A DNA stretch of 64,000 bases from Narcine bancroftii (taxonomy: Eukaryota), in the NCBI RefSeq assembly GCF_036971445.1, contig NC_091470.1, positions 349,866,001-349,930,000 of the forward strand, in the 5' to 3' direction. The notes under the pieces are model-generated. The model made no database searches. It was not told the origin of the DNA and saw only the letters and a program-made list of their open reading frames with translations. Every line of letters starts with the position of its first letter. Positions within the stretch are counted from its first letter, which is position 1. Position numbers and translations under genes: made by a program. Below, piece after piece: positions 63,836-64,000 of this stretch.

Positions 63836-64000
63836 TGGGACTGTTTTCCCTTGAGCAAAGACACCAGGGGAACACCTTATTGGAGTTTATTAAATCATGA
63901 GGGGCATCGAGAAAGTGGGTGGTCACAGTATTTTTCTGGGAGGCATGCATTTAAAATGAGAGGAGAGGCAGAGAGTGGTGGGTGTAGGGAACAAGCTGCC

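Noticed and set aside
1-64000. CRISPR array, retron/DGR or other prokaryotic RT system
   Set aside because: No regularly spaced repeat-spacer array or operon structure. All RT motifs belong to eukaryotic non-LTR clades in a vertebrate repeat landscape.

Overview
Eukaryotic, repeat-dominated, most likely intronic or intergenic DNA from a cartilaginous fish, probably a batoid. The taxon is inferred from the repeat families and an elasmobranch-type 5S sequence, not checked against a database. No host gene can be named, and most ORFs in the track are transposable-element remnants or chance. The window holds young RTE (BovB-like) LINE copies with TSDs, decayed CR1, L1/Tx1, Rex1/Babar and L2-like LINEs, and Penelope-like (GIY-YIG) remnants with minimal hammerhead-like motifs. 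It also holds V-domain tRNA SINEs, Gypsy solo LTRs plus a gag/integrase relic, Tigger-, hAT- and Harbinger-like MITEs, a Chapaev3 relic and two assembly gaps. Three observations stand out. (1) A 5S rRNA head and a tRNA-Thr(TGT) head are fused to the same SINE body/tail, which is also related to the tail of longer non-autonomous elements. (2) There is a dense set of locally templated duplications, inverted and direct, two of them at or inside one Tigger-like transposon. (3) A bipartite RTE-derived non-autonomous element is present. Two weak candidate minus-strand exons are noted. All alignments were done by eye; I found no evidence for a prokaryote-style novel system.
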